From: Candidatus Latescibacterota bacterium
Lineage (GTDB): Bacteria; Latescibacterota; UBA2968; UBA8231
Assembly (NCBI GenBank): GCA_965243025.1
Contig: CBDETY010000003.1
Span: 4,736,001 to 4,800,000 of the forward strand
Direction: 5' to 3'
DNA length: 64,000 nucleotides
In this document: one piece after another, positions 10,841-21,449 of the stretch
How positions within the stretch are numbered: position 1 is the stretch's first letter
Layout of the letters: every line of letters begins with the position of its first letter
Position numbers and translations under genes: made by a program
Notes under the pieces: model-generated
What the model saw: only the letters and a program-made list of their open reading frames with translations
What the model was told of the DNA's origin: nothing
The model's database searches: none

Positions 10841-13800
10841 ATGACACCGGCATCCTCCCTCGACCACATCGCCCGCAAGACGGCGCTGACCGCCGCTTTC
10901 AAGGAGACCGTGAGGCGTCTGCAGGAGGGGGAGCAGGAAGTTCTTCTTCACGGAATGCCGGGAACGCTCGCAGCCTTCCTGGCAACCCACGTGCAGCGGT
11001 CGACGAACCGGCCGCTGCTGGTAATCACCAGCGATGAAGACCGCGCCGAAAGCTGGCGCGACGACCTGCTGGCAATCGCCGGCGAGGATGTGGTTCGCTA
11101 CTTCCCGGCATGGGACGTCGGCCTGTACGACGGGCGCTCCCCATCCGAGGAAGTAACCCGGCTGCGCGTCGAAGCGGTGGCGCAGCTGGCGGCGCGGGAG
11201 CCCACCATCACCGTTGCCCCCGCCGCCGCCCTGGTGACGCCTGTGATCCCGCCGCATGCCCTCGAGCATGGGACCCTGTCGTTGCGGGCAGGAGAAGAGC
11301 GGGCCCCCGGAAGCCTCTCCTCGCACCTGGCCGACGCCGGCTTCGAACGCGTTCCGATGATCGATGGAGCAGGGCAGTTCAGCGTCAGGGGCGGCATCGT
11401 CGACGTCTTCCCCTTCGGCCTCGAACAGCCCCTGCGTCTCGAGTTCTTCGGAGACGAGATCGAGTCCATCCGCCAGTTCGACATCGCCACCCAGCGCTCG
11501 TTGAGCGGGATGAAAGAGGCGAGCGTGCTGCCGGCGGCCGAACTGCTGCTTCACCCTCCGCTGTTCGAGGATTACGCAGAGGCGATCGAGAAAGCGGAAC
11601 GCGACCACGAGGTCAACCTCGACCGCCTGAAGGACCAGCTCGAGCTCGGGGGCTCCCTGGAGGGTATCGAGACCTTCATGTCCCTCCTCTACGGCGGCGA
11701 CAACGGCCTCTTCGAGTACCTCCACGGACCGATCCTGTTCTGCGACGAGACCGAGGAGTTCGAGCCCGAGATCGCCAGGGCGCTCCGGACCTCCGTTGCC
11801 GACTACGAAAAACACCGCGACCGCGCCGACAGCGTGCCGCCCGAGGCGCTGGTTCGCGACGCCTGCTGGCTGCGCCGGCAGGTCTCCGCCCAAAGCCGTC
11901 TGACCCAGGCGCCGATCGGTTCCGCCGGAAACGCGGTCCGCTTCGAGAGCCGCGAGCCCCGCCTCGTGCAGGGAGAACTCACGGTGCTCCGGAAGGAGCT
12001 GGAGACTCTCGAGAGCGAGGGATACGAGATCCACCTCCTCACCGAAACGCAGGGCCAGTCGAGCAGGCTGGAGGAAATCCTCTCCGACGGCTCGGACAAG
12101 CTGTCATTCGGGCTGGGGACGCTGAACCGCGGCTTCGTCTTCCCGGAAGCGCGCATCGCGGTGCTCAACGATCACGAGATCTTCAGCCGCCGCAAACAGC
12201 GCTACCGGTACCGGCGTTTCAAGGCCGCCAGACCGATCGCCTCGCGCGACGCCCTATCCGTGGGCGACTTCGTCGTTCACGTCGACCACGGGGTCGGGCG
12301 CTACCGGGGCATTCGCAGACTGACGCTGAGCGGACGCGACCACGACTGCCTGGAGGTCCTCTACCAGGGGGAGGACAAGCTGTTCGTCCCGGTGGAGCAG
12401 CTCGACCGGCTGCGCAAGTACTCCGGGGCCGACGGGGACCCGCCGCTGCTCAACAAGCTCGGCGGCAACGCCTGGGAGAAGCTCAAGGAGCGCACCCGGG
12501 AAGAGATCTTCAAGATGGCCCGCGAGCTGATACAGCTGTACGCAGAGCGCCAGACGCGGTCCGGTTTCAGCTACGCCGCCGACTCGGCGCTTCAGCGGGA
12601 GCTCGAAGCCTCGTTCCCGTACCAGGAAACACCCGACCAGCTGCGCGCGGTCGAGGAGGTCAAGCGCGACATGGAGGCCTCACACCCGATGGACCGGCTG
12701 GTGTGCGGCGACGTCGGCTACGGGAAGACGGAAGTCGCGGTGCGCGCCGCGTACAAGGCGGTGTGCGACGGCAAGCAGGTCGCGGTTCTCGTGCCGACGA
12801 CGATCCTGGCGCAGCAGCACTTCCTGACCTTCTCCGAGCGCATGTCGCAAACCCCGGCGCGCATCGAGGTAATGAGCCGCTTCCGCACGGCGAAGGAACT
12901 GAACCGGACCGCGAGGGACCTCAAGGACGGCAAGGTCGACATCCTGATCGGCACCCACCGGATCCTGTCGAAGGACGTCGAATTCCGCGACCTCGGCCTC
13001 CTGGTCGTCGACGAGGAGCAGCGCTTCGGCGTCAGGCACAAGGAAAAGCTGAAGCAGGTCAGGCGCCTGATCGACGTAGTGACCCTGACGGCAACTCCGA
13101 TTCCGCGCACCCTGCACATGTCCCTGATGGGCTCGAGGGACATGTCGGTCATCAACACCCCGCCCCAGGACAGACTGCCGATCCACACCGAAATCCTCTC
13201 GTTCGACGAGGGCCGCATCGCCGAAGCGATCACCCGGGAAGTCGCCCGCGGCGGGCAGGTATATTTCGTTCACAACCGGGTGCAGTCGATTCAGCGGCTC
13301 GCCGAGTACCTGGAGGAGCTGTTGCCCGCCGTCCGTTTCGGCGTCGCCCACGGCCAGATGGGCTCGCGGCAACTCGAGAAGATCATGTTCGATTTTCTCG
13401 AGCGGAAATACGACTGCCTGGTCACCACCATGATCATCGAGTCCGGGATCGACATCCCGACGGTCAACACGGTCCTGGTCAACCGCGCCGACACGCTGGG
13501 CCTGGGCCAGCTTTACCAGATCCGCGGCCGGGTCGGCCGCTCGAAGGAACGGGCCTGCGCCTACCTGCTGGTTCCCAAGGGCAAGCGCCTGACCCGCAAG
13601 TCCCGCCTGCGCCTGCGCGCCATCGAGGAGTTCGCCGACCTCGGCTCCGGGTTCAACATCGCCATGCGCGACATGGAAATCCGCGGCGCCGGGAACCTCC
13701 TGGGGGCGCAGCAGCACGGCTTCATCCACGCCGTCGGCTTCGACCTCTACTGCCGCCTGCTCGACGAGGCGGTTCGCGAGCTGAAGGGTGAAGTGGTCGA

Positions 13801-14248
13801 GCCGGAGGTCGAACCGGACATCCGGATCGCCGCCACTGCCTACATCCCTGAGGACTACATATCCGACTCCGACCTCAAGATCGACTTTTACCAGCGGCTG
13901 GCCGACGCCCGTCGAGTCGTGGACCTGCTCGCGATCCAGGAGGAGCTGGAGGATCGCTTCGGGCGCCTGCCCTGGCAGGCCCGGTCGCTGATGAACATCA
14001 TGGAAATCAAGGTGCTGGCGCGGCAGCTGCGCCTGTCGGCGGTGCAGCTGGAAAGATCGCGTTTCCGCCTGGTCTTCCCGGAAGAGGTGCAGGTCACTCC
14101 CGCCGATATTCAGCGCCTGGTGGAGAAATGCTCGTCCGAGCTCGAGTTCGACGTCGCCGAGCGACTCGCGATCGAGACGTTCCTGCGCGCCGGGGACGAA
14201 CAGGAACGCCTGGAAAAGGCGAAACTCGTTCTGCAGGAACTGGTATGA
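10841..14248 (+). CDS. mfd: Transcription-repair coupling factor
   Basis: UvrB-like N-terminus, CarD/RID domain (VVHVDHGVGRY), GDVGYGKT, DEEQRFG, QIRGRVGR, TRCF domain. Confidence 0.98.
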   Translation: MTPASSLDHIARKTALTAAFKETVRRLQEGEQEVLLHGMPGTLAAFLATHVQRSTNRPLLVITSDEDRAESWRDDLLAIAGEDVVRYFPAWDVGLYDGRSPSEEVTRLRVEAVAQLAAREPTITVAPAAALVTPVIPPHALEHGTLSLRAGEERAPGSLSSHLADAGFERVPMIDGAGQFSVRGGIVDVFPFGLEQPLRLEFFGDEIESIRQFDIATQRSLSGMKEASVLPAAELLLHPPLFEDYAEAIEKAERDHEVNLDRLKDQLELGGSLEGIETFMSLLYGGDNGLFEYLHGPILFCDETEEFEPEIARALRTSVADYEKHRDRADSVPPEALVRDACWLRRQVSAQSRLTQAPIGSAGNAVRFESREPRLVQGELTVLRKELETLESEGYEIHLLTETQGQSSRLEEILSDGSDKLSFGLGTLNRGFVFPEARIAVLNDHEIFSRRKQRYRYRRFKAARPIASRDALSVGDFVVHVDHGVGRYRGIRRLTLSGRDHDCLEVLYQGEDKLFVPVEQLDRLRKYSGADGDPPLLNKLGGNAWEKLKERTREEIFKMARELIQLYAERQTRSGFSYAADSALQRELEASFPYQETPDQLRAVEEVKRDMEASHPMDRLVCGDVGYGKTEVAVRAAYKAVCDGKQVAVLVPTTILAQQHFLTFSERMSQTPARIEVMSRFRTAKELNRTARDLKDGKVDILIGTHRILSKDVEFRDLGLLVVDEEQRFGVRHKEKLKQVRRLIDVVTLTATPIPRTLHMSLMGSRDMSVINTPPQDRLPIHTEILSFDEGRIAEAITREVARGGQVYFVHNRVQSIQRLAEYLEELLPAVRFGVAHGQMGSRQLEKIMFDFLERKYDCLVTTMIIESGIDIPTVNTVLVNRADTLGLGQLYQIRGRVGRSKERACAYLLVPKGKRLTRKSRLRLRAIEEFADLGSGFNIAMRDMEIRGAGNLLGAQQHGFIHAVGFDLYCRLLDEAVRELKGEVVEPEVEPDIRIAATAYIPEDYISDSDLKIDFYQRLADARRVVDLLAIQEELEDRFGRLPWQARSLMNIMEIKVLARQLRLSAVQLERSRFRLVFPEEVQVTPADIQRLVEKCSSELEFDVAERLAIETFLRAGDEQERLEKAKLVLQELV

Positions 14249-15060
14249 CCAGGTTTCATGCCGCCCTTTCGGTGTCGGCAGTGCTGCTCGCCGGCTGCGG
14301 GTCCCAGCGCGACACCTCCGAAATCGTTGCCCGCGTCGGCGACGTGGTCCTCACCGAATCAGAGCTCGCCGACCAGCTCCCGGACCAGCTCGACGAGGAA
14401 CTGGCGGCGCTCGAGCGCAGTCAATTCATCGAGGACTGGGTCGGACAGGAACTGATATACCGGGAAGCGCTCGACCTCGAGGTGCATGAAAGGGCACACG
14501 TGCAGCGTCTGATCGAACAGGCGCGCCGCGACCTGGTAGTTGCTTCCTTCCTCGACAGCGTGTTGGCGAACCGCCCGGTCGATGTCAGCGACGACGCGGT
14601 AGTCGAATACTACCGTTCTCACCAGACCAGCTTTCTGCGCAGCCGGGCGGAGACAAGGGCGCAGCACATTCTGCTGGCCACCCGCGACGGCGCCGACGGC
14701 CTGCGCCGGAAACTGATGCGGGGCGATTCTTTCGAAACGGCTGCAGAGGAGCACTCCCTCGACCAGGAAACCAAAATGGCGGGCGGCGATCTCGGGTACT
14801 TCACCGCCGACGACCTGCCGGAGCTCTGGGAGGCCTGCAGGAACCTTTCTCCGGGAATGGTGTCGAACCCCGTCACTACGGAGCGCGGCTACCACCTCGT
14901 CCTCGTCCTCGCGCACGAGGCGGCAGGGAGCGTGATGGCGCTGGAACAGGTTCGCTCCGAGATCATCACCACCATCGTTTTCGAAGAGCACCGGCGCCGC
15001 CTCGAAGAACTGGTGGAAACGCTGAAGACCCGGCGCTCCTGGAAAATTTCCGCCAACTGA
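14245..15060 (+). CDS. Parvulin-type peptidyl-prolyl isomerase lipoprotein (PrsA-like)
   Basis: LLAG|C lipobox; AQHIL, HSLD...GGDLGYF, GYHLV. Confidence 0.85.
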   Translation: MTRFHAALSVSAVLLAGCGSQRDTSEIVARVGDVVLTESELADQLPDQLDEELAALERSQFIEDWVGQELIYREALDLEVHERAHVQRLIEQARRDLVVASFLDSVLANRPVDVSDDAVVEYYRSHQTSFLRSRAETRAQHILLATRDGADGLRRKLMRGDSFETAAEEHSLDQETKMAGGDLGYFTADDLPELWEACRNLSPGMVSNPVTTERGYHLVLVLAHEAAGSVMALEQVRSEIITTIVFEEHRRRLEELVETLKTRRSWKISAN

Positions 15061-15092
15061 TACCGGCTGAAGACCACCGGCTCTCGCAACCA

Positions 15093-16439
15093 ATGACTTC
15101 ATCCCTTCGAAACAAGCTGCGCGCCGCGGCGGTTTTTTCCGCTTTGCTGGTCCTTCCTCCGGGAAACTCAAGGCCGGCGGAGGCGGTTCCGGAGCTGCTG
15201 GACCGCATCGTCGCCGTCGTCGACGACCAGGTGATCCTGTGGTCGGAGCTCAATCTGAGGCTGAGTCTGGAACTGCAGCAGCAGAGGTTGACCTATCTCG
15301 GTCCGGACGAGATCGCCAGGCGCCGGGTACGCACCCTCAACGAGATGATCGACGAGCAGGTCGTCGTTCTCAAAGCGAGGAAGGACAGTCTCGAGATCGA
15401 CTACTCACGCGTCGACGAGCTGCTCAACGCCGAGCTGGGCCGCATCAAGGACAGCATCGATCCGGCCGAGTTCGAAGACATGCTGGAACGCACCGGGATC
15501 AGCGAGCGCCAGCTGAAGACGCGCTATCGCAAACAGATCCAGAACCGCATGCTCTATGAACAGATGCTCGGGCAGCTTGCCTACCGGACTTTCATCACCC
15601 GGGGGGACGTCGAGCAGTTCAGGAAAGCGCACGCCGACACCCTGCCGTCCCAGATTTCCATCAGCCAGATCAACATCAAGGTGAGCCCCTCCCAGGGGGT
15701 TCTCACCCGGTCGATGGACAAGATCTCCCGTATCGAGGAGGAGCTCGAGGCGGGGGGAGACTTCGCCGAGCTGGCGAGGATCCATTCGGAAGACCCGGGC
15801 ACGGCCGCCTCGGGAGGGAATCTCGGCTGTTTCGAGCTCGGCATGCTGATGCCGGAGTTCGAAGTGGCCGCCCTCGAGCTCAAGCCGGAGGAGGTATCGC
15901 ATCCGGTACGCACCAGGCACGGATTCCACCTCATCCGGCTCCACGAGAAGCGGGAAGACGAGCTGTGCGCCAGTCACATCCTCGTGCGTTCCCGGATCAT
16001 CTCCGACGACCGGGCTCGCGCGATGGCTCGCCTGACGGAGCTGCGCGACCGCGCCATGGCTGGAGAGGATTTCGCCCAGCTGGCCAAGGAATATTCCGAA
16101 GACCCGCAGAGCGCGAGGGCAGGCGGCCTCTGGCAGATCCTGGACAAAAGACAGATCCCGCCGTTCCTGCAACCCCATATCGGCCACCTCAAGCTGGGGG
16201 AGATATCGCAACCCTTCATGCTCGAGGAGGACGGCCACATCCTCAAGATCAACGACGATCACCCGACCCTTGAGGCACTGGTCCGGGAAGAGCGCATGAA
16301 CGAGCTCATGGCCCAGCTGATCGAGGACTTCAAGAATGAAATACACGTCGAAAACCGCCTCGACGAGGAACAGTTCCTCTGGGATCCCCGCGAGGCCGGA
16401 AGCGATACCGCTTCGGGCCCGGATGGGGCGCGGGGTTGA
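15093..16439 (+). CDS. surA: SurA-like periplasmic chaperone with two parvulin domains
   Basis: LDRIVAVVDDQVILWSE N-terminus; two FAxLA...SED...GG rotamase repeats. Confidence 0.8.
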   Translation: MTSSLRNKLRAAAVFSALLVLPPGNSRPAEAVPELLDRIVAVVDDQVILWSELNLRLSLELQQQRLTYLGPDEIARRRVRTLNEMIDEQVVVLKARKDSLEIDYSRVDELLNAELGRIKDSIDPAEFEDMLERTGISERQLKTRYRKQIQNRMLYEQMLGQLAYRTFITRGDVEQFRKAHADTLPSQISISQINIKVSPSQGVLTRSMDKISRIEEELEAGGDFAELARIHSEDPGTAASGGNLGCFELGMLMPEFEVAALELKPEEVSHPVRTRHGFHLIRLHEKREDELCASHILVRSRIISDDRARAMARLTELRDRAMAGEDFAQLAKEYSEDPQSARAGGLWQILDKRQIPPFLQPHIGHLKLGEISQPFMLEEDGHILKINDDHPTLEALVREERMNELMAQLIEDFKNEIHVENRLDEEQFLWDPREAGSDTASGPDGARG

Positions 16440-16448
16440 CCCCGAGGC

Positions 16449-16757
16449 ATGCCGCGACTCGACGCCTGGCTCAAGAACGCGGGCCTGTTCGCGCGGCGCA
16501 GCGAAGCGAAGAAGGCCTGCGAAGAGGGCCGGGTCACCATCGCCGGCACAGCGGCCAAGCCGGCGCGCGAACCCAGGGTCGGCGACGTGCTTGCTCTCGA
16601 CCTGGAAGACGTCCACGTGGAGGCCGAGATTCTCCGGATCCCGTCAAGGCCGGTGCCGAAAAAACAGCGCCTGGATTTCTTCCGCGTGGTGCGCAGCGAG
16701 CGCCGCAGGCGGGATGAGGTCCTCAGTTTCGACGAGGAGGAGGAAGATTCCCGATGA
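16449..16757 (+). CDS. S4-domain RNA-binding protein (Hsp15/HslR-like)
   Basis: RLDAWLK...RRSEAKKACEEGRV...KPA...VGD. Confidence 0.85.
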   Translation: MPRLDAWLKNAGLFARRSEAKKACEEGRVTIAGTAAKPAREPRVGDVLALDLEDVHVEAEILRIPSRPVPKKQRLDFFRVVRSERRRRDEVLSFDEEEEDSR

Positions 16758-16877
16758 AAAGTCCGTCGTCGAAACCGACCCTTTCCCCGCAATCCCCGGC
16801 GGTGGTCGCGGCCATGCCGGCACCTGTCTTTCGCCCGTGCTCCCCCACAGTCGAACTGTAGTTCGGCGAAACCGCAT

Positions 16878-17684
16878 ATGAACGCAGGGCCGGAAAGCTC
16901 TCCGTTCCCGGTGTCCCAGGTCCCTCCCGGCGCCGCCCCGACGCCGCAAGGCCCCCCCTACGAGGGACTTGCCGCCATTTACGATTTCGTGATGAGGCAC
17001 GTGGATTACGTGTCCTGGGCCAGCTACGTCGACGGCCTCCTGAGGAAGTTCGGCAACGGACCCGGGACCCTCGTCGACCTCGCCTGCGGCACGGGCAACG
17101 CCACCCTGCAGTTCAGCAGGCTCGGCTACGAGGTTTCCGGCATCGACGCTTCGGCGGCGATGGTCGCCGTGGCTCGGGGAAAAGCGGCGAGCATCGAATC
17201 TCCGGTGCGGTTCTCGACCGGAGACCTGCGCGGCCTCGAAGATCTCGGGCCGTTCGATGCCGCTACCTGCCTTTACGACAGCTTCAACTACCTGATGACG
17301 ACGGAGGATGTCGGCGCCGCCCTTGAATCGGTGGCAGGCATACTGAAGGCCGAAGGGGTCTTCGTTTTCGACATCTGCACCGAGCGCAATTCTCTCGACC
17401 ATTTCCGGGACGTGCGCGACGCAGAGGAGGGCGCGGGGTTCGTCTACACCCGGCACAGCCACTACGACGCAGAACGACGCATTCAGTTCAATTCTTTCGA
17501 CATCAGCTACGAAGACCGCCGCGTGTGCGAGACACACGTGCAGCGGATCTACGAGCTCGACCAGATGACCGCCTTGATCGCCGCCAGCCGGTTCGAGCTG
17601 TCGGGCGCCTTCGACGGCTTCTCAATGCAACCCGGCTCGGACCGTTCGGACCGGGTCCACTTCGTCCTCCGGCTTCCCGGCTGA
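16878..17684 (+). CDS. Class I SAM-dependent methyltransferase
   Basis: DLACGTG, GIDAS, CLYDSFNYL. Confidence 0.9.
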   Translation: MNAGPESSPFPVSQVPPGAAPTPQGPPYEGLAAIYDFVMRHVDYVSWASYVDGLLRKFGNGPGTLVDLACGTGNATLQFSRLGYEVSGIDASAAMVAVARGKAASIESPVRFSTGDLRGLEDLGPFDAATCLYDSFNYLMTTEDVGAALESVAGILKAEGVFVFDICTERNSLDHFRDVRDAEEGAGFVYTRHSHYDAERRIQFNSFDISYEDRRVCETHVQRIYELDQMTALIAASRFELSGAFDGFSMQPGSDRSDRVHFVLRLPG

Positions 17685-17698
17685 GCGGACGCTTTCCG

Positions 17699-18652
17699 AT
17701 GAGCCTTCCCGACTTCGACGCGGCGACCGCCTTTCTCGGACGCGCCGGCTCATTCGTCGTGACCTCCCACGTCAACGGCGACGGGGATTCGATCGGCAGC
17801 TGCCTGGCAATGGCCGACTTCCTGTCCGGGAAGGGAAAGTCCGCAACCGTCATTCTCGACGATGTTCCCGACAGGTTCGATTTCCTTCCGGGATTCGACG
17901 AAATTCAACGCGCGGACGAACGGGAGGGAACGGGCGCCGACGCCGCGGTGGTCCTCGACTGTCCGTCCCTGGACCGCATCGGTTCGGTCGAAAACTGCCT
18001 GGGTGCCGACACGGCGATCCTCAACATCGACCACCACAAGGGAAACCGGTATTTCGGCATTGCCAACCTGGTTTCCGAGGAAGTCAGCTCGACGTGCGAG
18101 CTGCTGTTCCACCTGTTCGCGGCGATGGATCTGAAGATCGATGCGCCTCTGGCCGAAAAGCTTTATACCGGGATTCTGTTCGACACCGGAAGCTTCCGGT
18201 ATTCTCTCACGACTTCCCGCAGCCATGAAGCCGCAGCACAGCTGATTCGCTGCGGGGCGCGCCTCGACTTCGTCGCTGACCGCCTTTACAACAAACGCTC
18301 CCTCGGGGAGATAAAGCTGCTCGGCAAGGCGGTCGAGTCGCTGTCGCTCCGCGGCGAAGGCCGCATCGCTCTGCTTCACCTTTCCCACGATGACATGCGC
18401 ATGGGAGACCCGGAGGAAGTGGTCAACTACGGAATGATGATCGAAGGCGTGGAAGTGGCCGCCCTGTTGAAGGAGGAAAAACCGGGACAGTTTCGCGTCA
18501 GCCTGAGATCCCGGAGCGAGGTCGACGTCAGCGCCGTGGCCTCGCGTCTGGGCGGGGGCGGACACGAACGCGCAGCCGGCTGCCGCCGCCAGGGAGACCT
18601 GGCATCGGTCACGGCTGCGGTCATCGGTGAAATCGAGAAGGGGCTGGCGTGA
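17699..18652 (+). CDS. nrnA: DHH/DHHA1 bifunctional oligoribonuclease / pAp phosphatase
   Basis: HVNGDGDSIGS, IDHH, DTGSF, SLRS, GGGGHERAAG. Confidence 0.9.
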   Translation: MSLPDFDAATAFLGRAGSFVVTSHVNGDGDSIGSCLAMADFLSGKGKSATVILDDVPDRFDFLPGFDEIQRADEREGTGADAAVVLDCPSLDRIGSVENCLGADTAILNIDHHKGNRYFGIANLVSEEVSSTCELLFHLFAAMDLKIDAPLAEKLYTGILFDTGSFRYSLTTSRSHEAAAQLIRCGARLDFVADRLYNKRSLGEIKLLGKAVESLSLRGEGRIALLHLSHDDMRMGDPEEVVNYGMMIEGVEVAALLKEEKPGQFRVSLRSRSEVDVSAVASRLGGGGHERAAGCRRQGDLASVTAAVIGEIEKGLA

Positions 18653-19566
18653 ACCTGGTAACCCTCAAAGACTGGAGCCGCCAGGACATCCTGGCGGTGG
18701 TCCGGGAGGGCGCCGCTCTCCGGCGGGACACGAGCCGCCATCGGAACGCTCTCGCCGGGAAGACCCTGGCGCTGCTGTTTCAGAAGACTTCGACGCGGAC
18801 GCGCTGCTCGGGCGAGATAGGGATGGTGCAACTCGGCGGGCAGTCCGTCTACCTCGACTGGACGACCACGAACTTCGCCCTGGCGGAACTCGGAGACGAG
18901 GTGCGGGTGCTGTCCTCTTACTGCGACTTCATCGTCGCCCGCCTCCTGCTTCACAAGGACGTGCTCACGACGGCGGAAAGCTCGATGGTACCGGTGATGA
19001 ACGGCTGCTGCGACCGCTACCACCCCATGCAGATCCTCGCGGATCTGCAGACCATCCAGGAAACTTTCGGACGCCTCGAGGGAATCCGCCTGACCTACAC
19101 CGGGGTCCACAACAACGTCACCAACTCCCTGATCGCAGCAGCCGCGAAACTCGGCATGGAGATCATCGTCGTCGCCCCCGAAACCAACCCTGCGGCCATG
19201 GACGAGGAGCTCTTTCAGGAAGCCCGGAATCTGGGTGCCTTCCGGACCTCCGGGGACCTGCGCGCCGCGGCCGAGGAGAGCGACGTCATCTACACCGACA
19301 CCTGGATCGACATGGAGTACTTCGCGGATCCGGCATTCGCCAGGGAGAAGGAACGGCGCATCGAGGAGTTCCAGCAGTACCAGGTAAACCGCGAGCTGCT
19401 GCGCGGCCTCGATACGCGGGTAATGCACTGCCTGCCAGCCCACCGGGGGTACGAGATCGAGGGTGAGCTTCTCGACGATCCCCGCTCGCTGATCTATCCG
19501 CAGGCGGAAAACCGCCTCCACAGCCAGAAGGCGGTGTTGCTGAAGGTCGCAGGCCTGCTGGATTGA
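18649..19566 (+). CDS. argF: Ornithine carbamoyltransferase
   Basis: STRTR, HPMQILAD, HCLPAHRG, QAENRLH. Confidence 0.85.
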   Translation: MNLVTLKDWSRQDILAVVREGAALRRDTSRHRNALAGKTLALLFQKTSTRTRCSGEIGMVQLGGQSVYLDWTTTNFALAELGDEVRVLSSYCDFIVARLLLHKDVLTTAESSMVPVMNGCCDRYHPMQILADLQTIQETFGRLEGIRLTYTGVHNNVTNSLIAAAAKLGMEIIVVAPETNPAAMDEELFQEARNLGAFRTSGDLRAAAEESDVIYTDTWIDMEYFADPAFAREKERRIEEFQQYQVNRELLRGLDTRVMHCLPAHRGYEIEGELLDDPRSLIYPQAENRLHSQKAVLLKVAGLLD

Positions 19567-19680
19567 GCCGCCTCGAAACGGGGCAGTCCACCGGAGGCCG
19601 ATGCACTTTTCAGCGAAGCCGGCGGCATCGGTGGCCGATGTCCGGCATGCGGGGACGCCTGTCCGTTGCCCCCCGGGGAC

Positions 19681-20172
19681 TCAGGGCCGCGAACCTGTCT
19701 CCCGGCCCGGGCCGTTCCGGCTCCCCCCCTTTTTTTCAATCAGCCTGACCTCCGACAGCACCATCTCCCGATCGACCGCCTTGCACATGTCGTAGATCGT
19801 AAGCAATGCCGCGGTCACCGAGGTCAGGGCTTCCATCTCCACTCCGGTCCTGGCCGAAATCCTCGCTTCCGCCCACACCCGTACGCGGTCCTCGGCGATC
19901 TCGAACTCCAGGTCGACCGCGGTGAGGTTGAGGGGGTGGCAGAGGGGGATCAGATCCGCGGTCCGCTTGGCCGCCATGATGCCGGCGAGACGGGCGGTCT
20001 CGATCACGTTCCCCTTGGCGATCCGGTTGCCCGTGATCAGGCGAACCGTGTCCGCCTGCATGAGGATCTCGCCCCGGGCCCGCGCCAGCCGGTCGGTGAC
20101 CTCCTTGCCGCTGACGTCGACCATGCGCACGCGGCCCGACTCGTCGACGTGGGTGAGCCTGGAATCCGCCAT
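19681..20172 (-). CDS. moaC: Cyclic pyranopterin monophosphate synthase
   Basis: MVDVSGK, LIPLCHP, TGVEMEAL, IYDMCKAVD. Confidence 0.97.
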   Translation of the reverse strand: MADSRLTHVDESGRVRMVDVSGKEVTDRLARARGEILMQADTVRLITGNRIAKGNVIETARLAGIMAAKRTADLIPLCHPLNLTAVDLEFEIAEDRVRVWAEARISARTGVEMEALTSVTAALLTIYDMCKAVDREMVLSEVRLIEKKGGSRNGPGRETGSRP

Positions 20173-20192
20173 GTGTCAGGATGGATGGGGGC

Positions 20193-21449
20193 CTACCCCA
20201 TGTTGCCGACTATGGCCGCCCCGAACTCGGAGCACCTCACCTCGGTTGCGCCCTCCATAAGGCGGGCGAAGTCGTAGGTCACGACCTTGGTGCCGATGGT
20301 GCGCTCGAGACCGTCGACTATCAGGTCGGCCGCTTCGTTCCACCCGAGGTGGCGAAACATCATCTCCCCCGAGAGGATCACCGAGCCGGGGTTCACCTTG
20401 TCCTGGCCGGCGTACTTGGGAGCGGTGCCGTGGGTCGCTTCGAAAATGGCGTGCCCCGACTGGTAGTTGATGTTGCCGCCGGGGGCAATGCCGATCCCGC
20501 CAACGCAGGCGGCGAGGGCGTCGCTGATGTAATCACCGTTGAGATTGAGGGTGGCGATGACGGCGTACTCCGCCGGGCGCGTGAGGATCTGCTGCAGAAA
20601 AGCGTCGGCGATCACGTCCTTGACGACGATCCGGCGGCCGTCCGCCTGCAGGCCAACCCAAGGTCCCCCGTCGATCTCGGCGCCCCCGTACTGCTCCTTC
20701 GCCAACTCGTACCCCCAGTCGCGGAAAGCGCCCTCGGTGAACTTCATGATGTTCCCCTTGTGCACGAGGGTTACGCTGTCGCGGCCGCGATCGACCGCGT
20801 AGTCGATGGCCGCCTTTACGAGCCGGGAGGTGCCCTCCCGCGACACCGGCTTGATGCCGAAGGCGGCCGTATCGGGAAAACGCACCTTGGCGAAGCGCTC
20901 GGAAAAGTGCTTTCCCATCAGGTCGCTGAACCGCGAGGTATCGGCGTCGCCGCACTGAAACTCGATGCCGGCGTAGATGTCTTCGGTGTTCTCGCGGAAG
21001 ATCGCCATGTCGACGAGCTCGGGCTGCCGCACCGGAGACGGCACCCCATCGAAGTGACGCACCGGCCGCAGGCAGACGTAGAGGTCGAGGATCTGCCTGA
21101 GGGCGACGTTCAGACTGCGGATGCCGCCTCCGACCGGCGTTGTCAGCGGCCCCTTGATGCCGACCAGGTAGTCGCGGAACGCCTCGACCGTCGCCCCGGG
21201 CAGCCAGTCCCCGGTGGTGTCGAACGCCTTCTGACCGGCAAGCACTTCCATCCAGGCTATGGCGCGACCGCCGCCATATGCCTTCTCGACGGCGGCGTCG
21301 AATACGTTCGAAGCCGCAGCCCATATGTCGGGCCCGGTGCCGTCCCCCTCTATGAACGGAATGACGGGATTGTCGGGAACCTGCAGACCGCCGCTCTCGG
21401 CGCTGATCCGCTGTCCCCGCGATGGTACTGCGGGTTGCCAGTCGGTCAT
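20193..21449 (-). CDS. icd: NADP-dependent isocitrate dehydrogenase
   Basis: [50 protein letters not shown]. Confidence 0.97.
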   Translation of the reverse strand: MTDWQPAVPSRGQRISAESGGLQVPDNPVIPFIEGDGTGPDIWAAASNVFDAAVEKAYGGGRAIAWMEVLAGQKAFDTTGDWLPGATVEAFRDYLVGIKGPLTTPVGGGIRSLNVALRQILDLYVCLRPVRHFDGVPSPVRQPELVDMAIFRENTEDIYAGIEFQCGDADTSRFSDLMGKHFSERFAKVRFPDTAAFGIKPVSREGTSRLVKAAIDYAVDRGRDSVTLVHKGNIMKFTEGAFRDWGYELAKEQYGGAEIDGGPWVGLQADGRRIVVKDVIADAFLQQILTRPAEYAVIATLNLNGDYISDALAACVGGIGIAPGGNINYQSGHAIFEATHGTAPKYAGQDKVNPGSVILSGEMMFRHLGWNEAADLIVDGLERTIGTKVVTYDFARLMEGATEVRCSEFGAAIVGNMG

